A DNA stretch of 64,000 nt, taken from NCBI GenBank assembly GCA_964106645.2, contig OZ067039.1; one strand, written 5' to 3'. Made by a program: the position numbers and the translations under genes. The DNA comes from Podarcis pityusensis. Taxonomy: Eukaryota. Every line of letters starts with the position of its first letter. Positions within the stretch are counted from its first letter, which is position 1. The notes below the pieces were generated by a model. It had not been told where the DNA came from. It did not search any database and worked only from the letters and a program-made list of their open reading frames with translations. Of this stretch, positions 12,701 to 24,780 are shown one piece after another.

Positions 12701-15077
12701 CCTCTGCCAGCACTGAAGGGAAGCCCACATAGTTAGATAGGGAAATGAAGCACAGATTTCTTCTGGTTCTGCTTTTCAGAATAGAACAGGATTGTCAGTT
12801 CTATCAATCAGGCAAATTGGGATCCCAACCCTGAGCAGCTTGTCATTTTATCCCACGGTGAAAGAAGTGAGGAGAGGGATGTGTTTCATGGGGAGACAAG
12901 AATTGCGGGCAAGAAATAGAAGTAGCAGGCCATGACGGTCCTGTTATAAAATACCTATAAATATCTATAAAGATATTTCAGTCTTTGACAAGCTATGTAC
13001 ATGCTGGCTGGGAGCCACTGAGGTGAATGGAATTGTGTGGGAGAGAGCTGTATGTACTTTGAAACTATGCAGGGTGGTGAAGAGACTGTAATTCCTCCTG
13101 CCCAGATATGACTCTCTGTTGAGTATCCTGCAGTTCCCACCGATTGCATCTCTAGAGTGTAGCCAGGGCGGAGAGTGGTGATTGGACTGAGCCTCTCCTT
13201 CCACCTTGGGTAATACCTTTGCTGCTGCAAGGCTACCGAGACCATCTCTCTTCTTGCAGCTCCACCTTCTCCTTCCCACACTGGCTGCACATGCAAAAGT
13301 GCTGGCGGCGCAAGCTTAGGGAGGTGGCATTGGGAATATACTGATTGTTCTTTGCCCTCGCCCTAGCAGGGCGGCACTTGCAGAGTTCAGGCCTGGGCAC
13401 ACTGCCAGTTGGGTTCAAACAACAATCTGGCTGGGAAAAGCCTGGACTGAGTGGTTGTAAGGGTGGTGAAACTTTGGAAGCAAAGCGGAACTTCTCAGTC
13501 AAAGACCCATAAAAGGCCGAATGCTGTGATCTGTATTTGGTTTGCCACTGCTCAGTCTTCCTCTGGGCATTTCCAAAGTTCCATCTCCTTCCAGTTTTCA
13601 TTCATCATAATAAGGCCTTGTGGCTTTAGAAGCAGAAAGCCAGCAGGCAGACTTTCCTCCTTTCTCTGGAATGACCCCAAACTAATCTTGCTTCTCAGAA
13701 ATTGCATCCTGTAGACAAGCTCAGTTTCACAACTGGCCGCCAGCTGCTACTTTTATCCAAAAAGTTCATACAAAGCAGCTTCTTCTACTTCCAAAACACA
13801 AGACTTAGGGAGTTTTACATTTGGGACAAGGATATGGGAGTCCTCAAACACCTGCAGCACAAGTGAAAAGCCTTTTTGCCATAAGTGCGCAAACCATTTT
13901 ATGGCTTGCACTTGTGTCAGTGAGGTATTGGACATGTAGTTTTGTGTGTGTATTGAAAATACTAACATGGCTTTTAAAAAAGAGAGAGAGAGAGAAAATT
14001 GTATGCATATGTGATGTGGTAATTAATGTGCCTTAATATATGTATTTGTGTGCAGTGCAGAAGTGTCCACTAATGACCACTTGGCCAAATTTCTTTCCCA
14101 CTGCCTGACCACTCAGATGCAAAGCAAGAGATAAAAGAGGAGCATGATGAGAGTTGCAGCTGTCACAAGCTTCACTGACAGGCCACTTTAGGGGATGGAG
14201 CCTGGGGTTCTGGGCCTGCCAATCCTATTCCATTCTGAAGTGGCCGTCTAACAAAATCGAGTTGCTGACCAGAGGTATAGGGAGAAAGAGTACATGCACA
14301 CTGGTGCTAATAGTGTGTCTGAAGGAGGAGCAAATTGTTGCACGCCACCCCAGTCTCTGAGTGGTGCAAGATTCTAGGGTACCCAGGGCTTGGTTTTCTT
14401 TGGAATGAGGGACAGTGGAGATTGTCGTGTCTTTATGTTGTGTGGTTTATTCACACATCTATACAACCCGAGCCTACGATGGAGGGGTTCACAGCATTAA
14501 CATCCCAAGAGGATCTTGCTTCTCTCATCTCCACAGACTTAGATTCCAGCAGAAATCAGGCATAGCTCTGTCTCCCAGCTGCTCAGCCAGGCAACTTCTA
14601 GCTCACATAACTCAAGACCTAACTCTGGCTTTGTCTTTGTAACTACCAGCGAGTTGAGGGAGGGGAACCCACCCATGTGTCTTCTAGCACAGAGCCACTT
14701 CTTTTGTTACCTTAAAGGTAAGGTGTTGTTACCTTACTTATAAGTTCATTACCTTACTGAGAAGCTAACTTGGGTATTTCAGAAATGGAATCTGTACTGG
14801 ATCCAACAATTAGAAGTGGGGTCAGGCCAGATTAGAGGCAGATTTAGGGGAGCACTGGGCGCAGAACCTTGGGGGGCACCGTTGAGGACGCAGCAACTAT
14901 GATTTAGAGTGAAGCACAAGAGGCAGAGAGGTGCTAATTTTTGACGCCACCCAGGGTGCCACTGAAATATGAGAACCCAAAGTCTGCCACTGGTCAGGCA
15001 TATAGCCCCCCCCTAACTCATAACACTCTGTAATGCAAGTGTAGTTAAGGTCTTTGTATGAAATAATGGATTTTAGG

Positions 15078-15600
15078 AATAATAATAATAATAATAATTT
15101 TATTATTTATACCCAGTCCATCTGGCTGGGTTTCCCCAGCCACTCTGGGCAGCTTAAAGGTAAAGGGACCCCTGACCATTAGGTCCAGTCATGACCGACT
15201 CTGGGGTTGCGGCACTCATCTCACTTTACTGGCCGAGGGAGCCAGCGCACAGCTTCCGGGTCATGTGGCCAGCATGACTAAGCCGCTTCTGGCGAACCAG
15301 AGCAGCGCATGGAAACGCCGTTTACCTTCCTGCCGGAGCGGTACCTATTTATCTACTTGCACTTGGACATGCTTTCGAACTGCTAGGTTGGCAGGAGCAG
15401 GAACCGAGCAACAGGAGCTCACCCCGTCGGGGGTATTCGAACCACCAACCTTTTGATCAGCAAGTCCTAGGCTCTGTGGTTTAACCTACAGCACCACCCA
15501 CGTCCCTCTTGGGCAGCTTATAACATATCTGAAAACATAATAAAAACACCAGTCCTTAAAAACCTCCCTCAATAGGGCTTCCTACAGATGTCTTCTAAAA
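15078..15600 (-). mobile_element. LINE 3' end fragment (L2-like) with (AAT)n tail, interrupted by a Sauria SINE
   Basis: (AAT)n followed by tttatacccagtccatctggctgggtttccccagccactctgggcagct, and resuming after 15520 to cagatgtcttctaaaa. This is a common lizard LINE tail; the family assignment is from memory. Confidence 0.5.
15157..15506 (-). mobile_element. Full-length Sauria-type SINE
   Basis: The minus strand starts gggacgtgggtggtgctgtaggttaaacc with a B-box-like ggttcgaatacc and ends ggggtccctttaccttt. The TSD-like TGGGCAGCTTA lies at 15146-15156 and 15510-15520. Confidence 0.85.
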
Positions 15601-16093
15601 CGTAAGTTTAGGTATCTGTTGTACTAAGTATGTAAACAGAAACAGTGTTTTGTACTTTAGTGTAAATCAGTAATGCTGGCACTGCCCATTCTGGTGGCGG
15701 CAGACATGAAGAGGAAGCAGCATTGATAGGGTGAGGCTGCCTTCCTTCCTTCCTTCTTTCCCCAAAGCAGTAGCTCCCCACCCCCCTCCAACAGCCACTT
15801 CCCTTTTTCTTCCTGTGCAGCCAACATCGCCCATCCCTGGCGCTTGCCCTCTGCTGTCTGTTAGGAAGTCAGGGGTACAGGCGGGGAGGTGTCAATCAAA
15901 CAAATGGGTGCCTCTTGCTCATAGCACTTTTTTCTGCTTCTTAACTACCATACAGCTGCTGTGTATGGTCACTATGCTGATCTTGCCTATATTCAAGTTT
16001 TTTACACATAATTGTCACAGTCTTCTTGTTTTAACTATAGGACAGAATACAGTATAGGAAGCAGCCTCGTATCAAATCCATGTAGGTCCACAC

Positions 16094-16301
16094 CAGAGCT
16101 TTCCAAACTTTTCATGTTGTTGACACACTTTTTAGACATCCATTATTTTGCAACACATTAATTCAATTTTACTAGCAAAGCAGAGGTTAAATGAACCCCT
16201 TTGCAGCCTGAGGAGGAGCGTGAAGAGTGTTCGTGTGACATACCTACACACTGCGGCCGACACACTAATGTGTCTGTCACGACAGAGTTTGGAAAACTCT
16301 G
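16094..16301. mobile_element. hAT-like MITE
   Basis: TIRs cagagctttccaaact / agtttggaaaactctg; degenerate 8-bp TSD gtccacac/gtctgcac. Confidence 0.6.
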
Positions 16302-16959
16302 GTCTGCACACATTGACTGGCAGTGTCTCTTCATGGTTTAACACAATAATTTTTAATAGCCCTACCTGGAGTGAACCTGGGACCGTTTGCATACAAAGCA
16401 CACAGTCATTCAGACACTAATATCGCAACTGGGCGCTGGTTATCTTTCCTTGCTACACCCAAACACGCACTCCACCAGTGTTTCCTGGTGGTTAGCTCAG
16501 TTCCAGAGTGCTGTAGGGGAGGACACTAGGTTTACTGCATGCAGGGCAAAGGTCTCTCCACACGTAAGCTGTTCATCAAACAAGCTTCACTGCTCTGAGT
16601 AAGATAAAATAAATAGCCCCGTTCTTTTGAAAAACAACTCAGGAGTATTCTTCAGTAGTTCCATGAACTGGATACTCTCCCTTCGTTTTGGGGAAAACAA
16701 CCACGTCTTTATTTGAACCAAGGCTGGGCACTGGAACATGTGGGCTCGGCTCTCTTAAATCTGGTTTTTTCTGTCAAGGTTGCAGCCTACGAACGTGAGA
16801 AACAACCTATTAAGGGCAGGGTCTTTAACAATGCGAAGAGGGAGCCTCCTTCACTACGAAGCAACCACAGCCCAGCCATGTGGAGCTAAGGAGCCGAGCT
16901 TCCAAGTCAGGCATCAGACGTCCTGGGGGTGCCTTAAATACCAGCATCAGGGCCCCGTT

Positions 16960-17950
16960 TAAACAAGACGCCAGGCAGGCAAGGATCTATCTCGCACACG
17001 CGGAGCCGCCTTCAAAGGCCGCTGCGGCGCAATGTTTGCACGCCATAGCAACGCCTTCCTGGCCTGCGGGTCTGCGGCGTCCCGGCAGCGCCCGCACAGG
17101 CGCGTGCAAAGTCGCCCCCTGTTCCTCTCGCGGGCCTGGCGTCACGTGTGAACGGCGGCCTGGATCCAGGTGTTCGGCTCCCCGCCCTTGCAGGGAAGTC
17201 TCGGGAGCGCGGGAAATGTAGGTCAGGGCGGAGGGATACGCTGCCTCTGGCCGGCCTCCCTAAGCCTCCTGGGTGGCGTGTGCGATTAAGAGGACTAGCT
17301 GGAGCCTGCGCCTGCCCCCTCCGGCTGCATTCCGCACCGGCTACGCGGCCTCCGCTCCGCCCCCGGCTCCTGCCCGGCCAGCGCGGAAGCGGGGAATTTC
17401 CTGGCACCACTTGCGGAACAGGAAGGCGGAAATGAAAGCAGCGCCGAGCCAAAATAGATCGGGGAGGGGAAGGGAGCGGCGGCGGCGGCGGCGGGGTTTC
17501 GACTCTCTTAAAGGCGCAGAAGTCGCGATCGGATGAAAGGGTTTCCAATGTATATTCAAAACAAAGCCGGTGGGCGGGCGTTCACGAATCCACACGATCC
17601 TTTCCCGCCCGCTTCCCCAAACACACTCGTCTTTCTGGTCTAAAGAGGTTCTGCCCCAGGTCAACGCGATTTAGAGCGCCGACGCCGTGCGAAGAAAGGA
17701 AAACCCATTCCCCCCCCCCCGGCTCGCACCCTCTTGCTTCTAAGCTTTCTTGCCAGTCCCCCGGCTCCGTACAACGCTAGAATTTCCTCCAACGCTTCGA
17801 AGATAGCATGGAGTGGGGAGATTGGCGAGGGTAATTTTAGTTGGCTAATCTGAAGTCGCCGCCTTTTGTTGCTGCGTGTACCACTCCTGCTTTTGTACTC
17901 TAAACCGCAGAGCGACACTGCACGGAATTGAAGCAGGCGAAGCTTTATCT
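16960..17950. promoter_or_regulatory. Orphan CpG island (enhancer or unannotated promoter)
   Basis: About 1 kb of GC/CpG-rich sequence with GGGAATTTCC (17392-17401), four GGAA ETS cores (17383-17432) and GTCACGTG (17141-17148). No recognisable coding exon is attached. Confidence 0.65.
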
Positions 17951-19357
17951 GCCACGCTAGAGAAAGCTTCGCTTAATTTTTGCCTGGCACGGTTCGGTGA
18001 TATTAGCAAAGCCAGTTAAAATACGTGACCAACCACAACTTTTTATCAATTTAAAGTGATCGCAAGGGCATCTGTCCTGAGATACTTACCCGAGGGCCTT
18101 TCCATCCTTTGTGCAGCGGCACAATTATAAACTATGCAAACCTTTCCCCGTTTCCCATGACTGACAGCCCCTTCAAATTCTCCTGTGATCCCAGCTCCCT
18201 ACAACAGGCCCTCCCAGGCTGGATTCCCTCCCAGTCTGGGATCACAGCCCCTCTTGCTTGGTATTCCAGCTCTACCACTCCCCCAGACCAGTCAAGCGTC
18301 CCCCCTCCTCACAAAGATATGCAGGAGGATTTGTCTGGAAGGCAGAAAGCCTAGAAAAAAATGGGGAGGGGGAAGAGAGCGCCTGAATCAACAGCTGCAT
18401 CCCATTCCCTGGCACTTAGCCAAAGAGCCTTAAAGCAAATGAGAAGAATAATGCTGCAGTCTTTCCCTTGCTGTTTGATTGTTCTTGTTTTATGTAAAAG
18501 GTAATACTAGACTTAATAGTGCAAAATCATTCACTTCATTTACTGCTGCCATCTCATTCTAAACTCAAACTCTAGTACAAATCTGACTAGTCACCCACAA
18601 AATATGCATTGCATAAAACAATCCTTTGTTATTGTTTTAAATCCTTTGTTGAATCACATTCATTGTATGTGCAAAAATACACATATACAAACAGGTGCGA
18701 GCTGCTCAATGCACTTTTTTTCAGCTGAAGAGCATGGTAAAACTGCTGCAAATAAATCCAAAGATTTTAACATAAAATCAATATTGAGCAAGGTTGCTGC
18801 CTCGGACACCTTCAGAATACAGGGCTAGATGTGGGGCGCTGTCTGACGAAATGCCTTTACTGTACAGCACTCCTGCTCTGATTACAGGCTACAGTGGGAA
18901 GTTACCTAGCAGTACAGATATGTACAGAAATGAGTTTCCCAAGAGATGATTTCTGTGGTACGCTAATTGGCTTCAGTACTTGATTCTAAAAGCAGATGCT
19001 TCTTTTAATTGGTTTGTAAAAGTTGAGGATGTTGTTATTCTGAATAGGAGTATTTCCTTTTTTAACTGGGCAGAAAACCCGAACAGTACAGGAAGTACAG
19101 TCAGAGCACACTGTAGATGTTTGGTTGGCTAAGAACTAAACTACAGTTCAAGTGAAATGCATTACGTATTAACACACTAAGCCAAGTTGGCAATGTAGCC
19201 AAAGCATCTCTAATAACCATCACTTTATTAATGCAGCAAAATGAGTACTCCCAAGACATGTGCAAATGGATCTGCATTGCCTGAGAAAATAGTCCTCTCT
19301 GTTGAGGGCATGCACCTCTGTTTTGCAAGAGGAGCTCTGAAGAGAGGCAATAACCTT

Positions 19358-22300
19358 TCACCAAGGAGGAGACATGGGTTGTGGGTTTTGCAGATAGGAC
19401 ATCACTACAGCCGAGATAGACAACCTGGAAAGAAGAAAGGAGTTATAATCAGGGCAGGAACGTTAATATTACACCAATAATAGCAATGCAAATAGTAATG
19501 TCAACAGAATGAATTACAAATGTGACCAAAGAATCTCAGTGTGTTCAGTGTATTCAAATTAAAAAGTTTATATGGGATGTGTTACTAAGCTTGCTTGGGA
19601 ACTGTGTATTTGACTTGAGTTTGAACCTGAATGTGTGTCCTGTGTGTGCATCCCTCAGAGACACTGGAGGATTGGGGAATGAGTCTGGTACAAGGGGAAC
19701 CTCTTTCTGCTGCAGCCGCTAGCTCAATTCCCAAAGAACGAACAGCCAGCCACAGATAGAGCTGGCTCAGAAAATTAGCACCATAGCCATATTAAAGTGA
19801 GCTAGCATGTACATTAGGATCCTTGGGATCAGGGATGTGAAGCCTGTAGTCTATCAATATCTGGAGGACTACAACTTTATAAACATCCCTGACCACTAGC
19901 CATGCTAGTTGGGGCTGATGTGGCTTAGAACCCAACATCTGGAGAGCCCCAGCCCCCCAGCCCTAGCCTGGCAAGTGAAGCAACACTTCAAGGTTTCTGG
20001 GAAGTAAATCACTTAATCAGAAAGAATGGAACTCATTAAGAAAAAGGCAGAATAAATATTTATCTGTGAATACGTTATTACAAGGTCTGAATGATTAAGG
20101 CTACCCCAAAATGAGGTTGAATAGATTAGGAGGAAAAGGAAGAAGTATTGTTACTAATGATTAATCTGCTGAGACAAGCAGCAAAAGTGTGGTAGGTTAA
20201 ATATAACTAGAGAAATTAGCCCAGACTGGATTTGGGCATGGGGGAGACTGGATTAGTTATATCCAAGAGCTCCATTGTGGGTATTCAAGGTGCCAGGCCA
20301 CTCATTTTCATTCCAATGAAGGGATCCTCAGGGTGGGGCTTGCCTTGAGCTTTATAATCTTTCAGAGCAATAGTTTCTGGGCAAGAGATGCTGGTTGAAG
20401 TTTCCACACAAGTGCTGTACCCTTAACTTTCCATGGGCAACTGCATACTGTTTGTGGCAAAGGGAAAGCAGCTGTGTGCTTCTCGTCTCAAAGTAGACTT
20501 GGCAGCAGTAAGAAATTAACACAGGATTCAGTGAAAGGCTGAAAGAAGTAAAAGAACCTGACTCACATGAAGCTGCTCATCATCTGTTTGGTATCTTCTG
20601 AACTCCGAGAATTGGCAAAGCTGATGAATGAACAGTAGACAGCAATCCAGGCACACCACTTTAGCTGCAAACAGCACAGAGTAATGTAGTGAAAGCTTTA
20701 ATGAAGTCTCAAGGATTAAGCAATACTATTTATTCCTTAGTAAAAGTGTAAAACCATGATAAGCACTCTGCCTTGTTTCTTTACTCAATTCATAGGAAAC
20801 TTCCTTACGGTGAGTCAGACTATTGCTCCGTCTAGCTCAGTATTGTCTACAATGATTGACAATGACTCTCCAGGGTTTCAGGTAGGGGACACTTCAGTCC
20901 CTACCTCAGGGATGGAACTTGGGAGAAAAGTAGAAGTTCTGTTACTGAGCTTACGACCCTTCCCCTTGAGGAATTGTCTTCAGTTTTAAAGACATGAAGC
21001 TCATTCAAAGTAAATGGACACGCTAATAATAAAATATATTTGATTTCCAGGGAACTATGAAATTAAAGTCATATTAATGCATTCAGACCTCTCAAATGAT
21101 AGCACATTGTCCATGGGCATTTCAAATACCTAGAGTGTTCACCTATATAATATAAACTCAAAACTAACTACAAAAGAGCCAGCTTTTGTAATTTTGTGTC
21201 AGAAAAAACCAATGTTAGTTGTGAATCGGAACTGTGCAACATACAAGAAAGATCAAGAATAAGAGTCGGAAAGTCCCTTTAGTTCGGGGGTCAGCAACCT
21301 TTTTCAGCCGTGGGCCGTTCCACCGTCCCTCAGACCATGTGGGGGGCTGGACTTTATTTTGAAAAAAACAACACAAAAACAAACGAATTCCTATGTCCCA
21401 CAAATAACCCAGAGATGCATTTTAAATAAAAGCACACATTCTACTCATGTAAAATCATGCTGATTCCTGGACCGTCCGTGGGCTGGATTGAGAAGGCGAC
21501 AGGGCCGCATCCGGCCTACCCCTGCTTTAGTTCAACGTTTTGTTAGTAAACACAATCAAATGGAAATTTAAGTCATTTACTGGCCATTTTTAAGGTTCAA
21601 AGACACAGATATTACCATACAGATCTCAATATATTGTTACAGAGTAAGTCTTTCTGTATTTTTTTCATTAAATGCTATCATTCGTAAAAGTCTTAATGAA
21701 AAATAAAATGCTCTTTAAATTAATATAATATGTATATACATTGTCATAAGATTTTATCCTTTTCTGGATGAACTATAAGCATCTGTTAATATTAGCATAG
21801 ATTTGACATACCATATACTTAAATGGGTGCTTTAATTTGGAGTTTATGGTTGAATCACATTGTAATTGTTACAATTATTACAATTATTAACTAATGCCAT
21901 TGTTCAATGACTTGATATCATTTCAGACTCTTATTCTACAATTGACAGGTGCTATTACCTCTCTTATCTAGAAGAAAAGTGAAGCACTCTGACTCAGAGA
22001 TCTTTATAAGTAATTGCAAATTAGACTCTATAGCTAACATGAATTGAAACATCATGAAATCATTATTTACTCTCAACATTCAACTGATTCATCAGCCTTT
22101 GGGGCCCAATAAATGTTCATCATCTGTGCACTATTCTCTTATCTGACTATTGCGAAGAACTGTTTAGCAGTTGGGTAGCATTCCTTGGAGAGACTAAAAT
22201 AGCAGGGAAATAGGGAAGGTTTAAGCACAGGAATATTATGCAGTTAATCCGACAGAAAGAAGGAAAAGAAGCTGTGTCATTTACTACTAGAATAAGATGC

Positions 22301-24549
22301 TCAATCCAGGTCTGTTAGGCACATTAAACTAACCTGGGGTTGTTGATGAGAGATTACCTTCCAGAGATTATATGGTTTTCAAAATTATACAATCCAACAG
22401 CAGTGTAATAATTACAAGACAACAAGCAGCTGGTAGAATCTTGTGCTTAATTTGCTCAGCTAATGTTCTGCATGTCCTGAAGTCAAAAGGCCAAGCACTG
22501 CAATACTCACCTTCAGCATCAAGCCACACATACTGAAAATCATTCCCAGTAGATTCATGTAGTCTGGTGTGGGGTCTTCCAGGGTAGGGTTATTCTCTGT
22601 GGATGGAGGTTTGTATCTATAAAGTAAAAAATCCCATTATGGTGGAAAGAAAACATTTTAAATTATGCTTGAAAATAAAACATTAGCTTTATCCACCACC
22701 ATATCAAAATAAGGAGTAAGACATCAATGGGAGTTTCTCTGCTGCTAATAAGGCTTCGTGCAGCTTCAAGCCAACATGCCTGGAGTTGTTTAGGTGTGGG
22801 GAACCTTTAGTCCTCCACATGTTCCTGAAGTACAACTCCTATCAGCTCCAGCAAGCATGGTCAATGGCCAGGGATAAAGGGAGTAATATTTAAGTAACAT
22901 CTGGAGGCCAAACATTTTCTGAACATGCTCTAGTGTCTGTGGAAAAAGAAATGGTGCTAGTCTCCAAAACTGTTCTCTCACAGTTCAGGAAAAACATCTC
23001 TCCTAAAGGTTACTCAGTCACATCTTTCTAGATTATCCAAGCACTCATATTACATGACTTTGTTGTGAAAATTATATATTGTACTTCTGTATGCTGCAAG
23101 GATGAGTGCTTTCTATATACCCATGAAATCATTAGTGACCAGCAACACAAACTGCTAATACTATTTTGTTAACTTTTAAAAACTTTGTTTTATAAAAAAG
23201 TTGTAACTGCCCTGTGTTTCTTGGCATGTTCATGTGTCCGTTTTAAAAAAGTGATGGATATGTGTTGGGGAAGGTTTCTAGCTAAGTGACAGCACACATG
23301 CTTTGTATACTTCGGGTGGAGTTCAATGTAGTGCTAAGTAGGCTATATGCATGTACAACATGAGGTCTGCTCATGCAACAATACTCCCCCCTGCCCCCCA
23401 ATGCTGTTCTGGGGGTCCACCCAATCATCCAGTGCATATTTAGGGGGTGGGGTGAGTATATGGTTGGGAAGTCCTGCTGCATATGCGGACTTCATTCTGT
23501 ACACGCAACAACACTGTTAAATCCTGCCCCAAACGTCTCCAGGTCAATATACAGAGCAAGATATGCCAAGTGTAAGTGCCTATGAGCAAGGTCACCCTGC
23601 ACACTACAGCAACAGCTCACCACTTTCTTTGTTTCAGAAGCATTTTTTAAACTCTGTGCAAGTCACTGCTGCAACGCTGAAGCGTCCCTGTTTCTGTTTT
23701 GAGCACCTATATGCAGTAAGACACACACAGAGAGAGAGAGGACCGGATTGAGGTTTGAGGAGGCCCTAAGCTGCTGAAGGTAATGGGGCCCTTTATATGT
23801 CCAGCTGTCCTTTGTCAACAACAAAGTGTTGCTCTTTTTTGTGTTGCTTATATGCTATATGGTAATTTATGGACCTAATAGGTATCTAAAGCCATTTGCA
23901 CATAACAAAATATGTATTTTATCAAAGTAATTATTGAACTGAAATACAATTAAGAAGAAGTATATATTTTGGAAATGTACATCCAGGTTTTTTCCCTTTA
24001 TTTTTGGGGGGGCCCCCAAGAGAATGGGGCCCTAAGCTGTAGCTTGTTAGCTTATACGTAAATCCGGCACTGCACACGCGTGCGCACACATATACCCCCC
24101 GTAAGTGTGGACTGGTGGCCACACTATTCTCTTTGAACCAGGACTTGCAGTTGGGGCACATTTTGATCATCACCAGTCAGCCAACACTAGCCATCTCTGT
24201 CCCTGAGTCTCCCTCTGCTGCAGTTTCCCCCATGAAAAGTTCCCCCTATTGCCCAGTCCGGTGGCTATTAGGAAAGGCCGCCCCTCTCTCTCTCGCCCTC
24301 CGCCTTGCGTTGCCATGGCGACCCCATTGCCAGTCCCGCGCTACAGCGAGGGGTGACGTCTCAGCGCACCCTTTAGCATCACATGCCACTCCCCCGGCTC
24401 AATCTTTCCGTGCCAAAGGTCGCCCCGCTCGCGCCCTCTCCGTGGCTTTGCCCAGGCAGCTCACCCGCCCCCCCCCGCCCACGGCCCCCCGCCGCTGACC
24501 TGAGAACGCGATTTGGCCGCCGCGGGTCCATTACGTTGTTACCGGCCAT
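19358..24549 (-). CDS. WDR83OS: PAT complex subunit Asterix (WDR83 opposite strand), 106 aa, 4 exons
   Basis: Exons 24549-24500, 22616-22511, 20664-20567 and 19424-19358 (50+106+98+67=321 nt, all GT-AG) give [107 protein letters not shown] minus-strand AATAAA lies at 19224-19229. Confidence 0.97.
21285..21524. mobile_element. hAT-family MITE
   Basis: Exact 8-bp TSD CTTTAGTT (21277-21284, 21525-21532); termini cgggggtcagc / gcctacccctg. Confidence 0.75.
23739..24071. mobile_element. Non-autonomous DNA transposon (Harbinger-like MITE)
   Basis: Imperfect TIRs aggaccggattg / aaatccggcact with subterminal ggccctaagct repeats; the family is uncertain. Confidence 0.45.
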
Positions 24550-24780
24550 CCTGCACCGCCTCTGGCTAACTCCGAGTAGCGCCCCCACCCCTCGGCCGCC
24601 GCCGCTACACCAACTTCCGGTTCCTTTCAGTGGCGCAAGGGGGACAATTAAGAGTGTAACACCCCGGAGTTCAAACCTTCTGGTTCCGGTCATCAGTCCC
24701 GAGGCCGCAGTATTTGGAGACGGTTTAGCGGATTAATCTTCCGTGGGGAGATGCTATGGGTTGTTCAATTGAGGTAAAGA
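24280..24780. promoter_or_regulatory. Bidirectional CpG-island promoter of WDR83OS (-) and WDR83 (+), including a likely non-coding WDR83 exon 1
   Basis: CpG island with ACTTCCGG (ETS/GABPA) at 24613-24620, a plus-strand donor GAG|GTAAAG after 24773 and the X-box GTTGCCATGGCGAC at 24309-24322. The head-to-head arrangement matches mammals. Confidence 0.75.

Noticed and set aside
17012-17918. ORFs in the orphan CpG island
   Set aside because: Pro/Arg/Gly-rich frames typical of GC bias; no MAN2B1 or other protein motifs.
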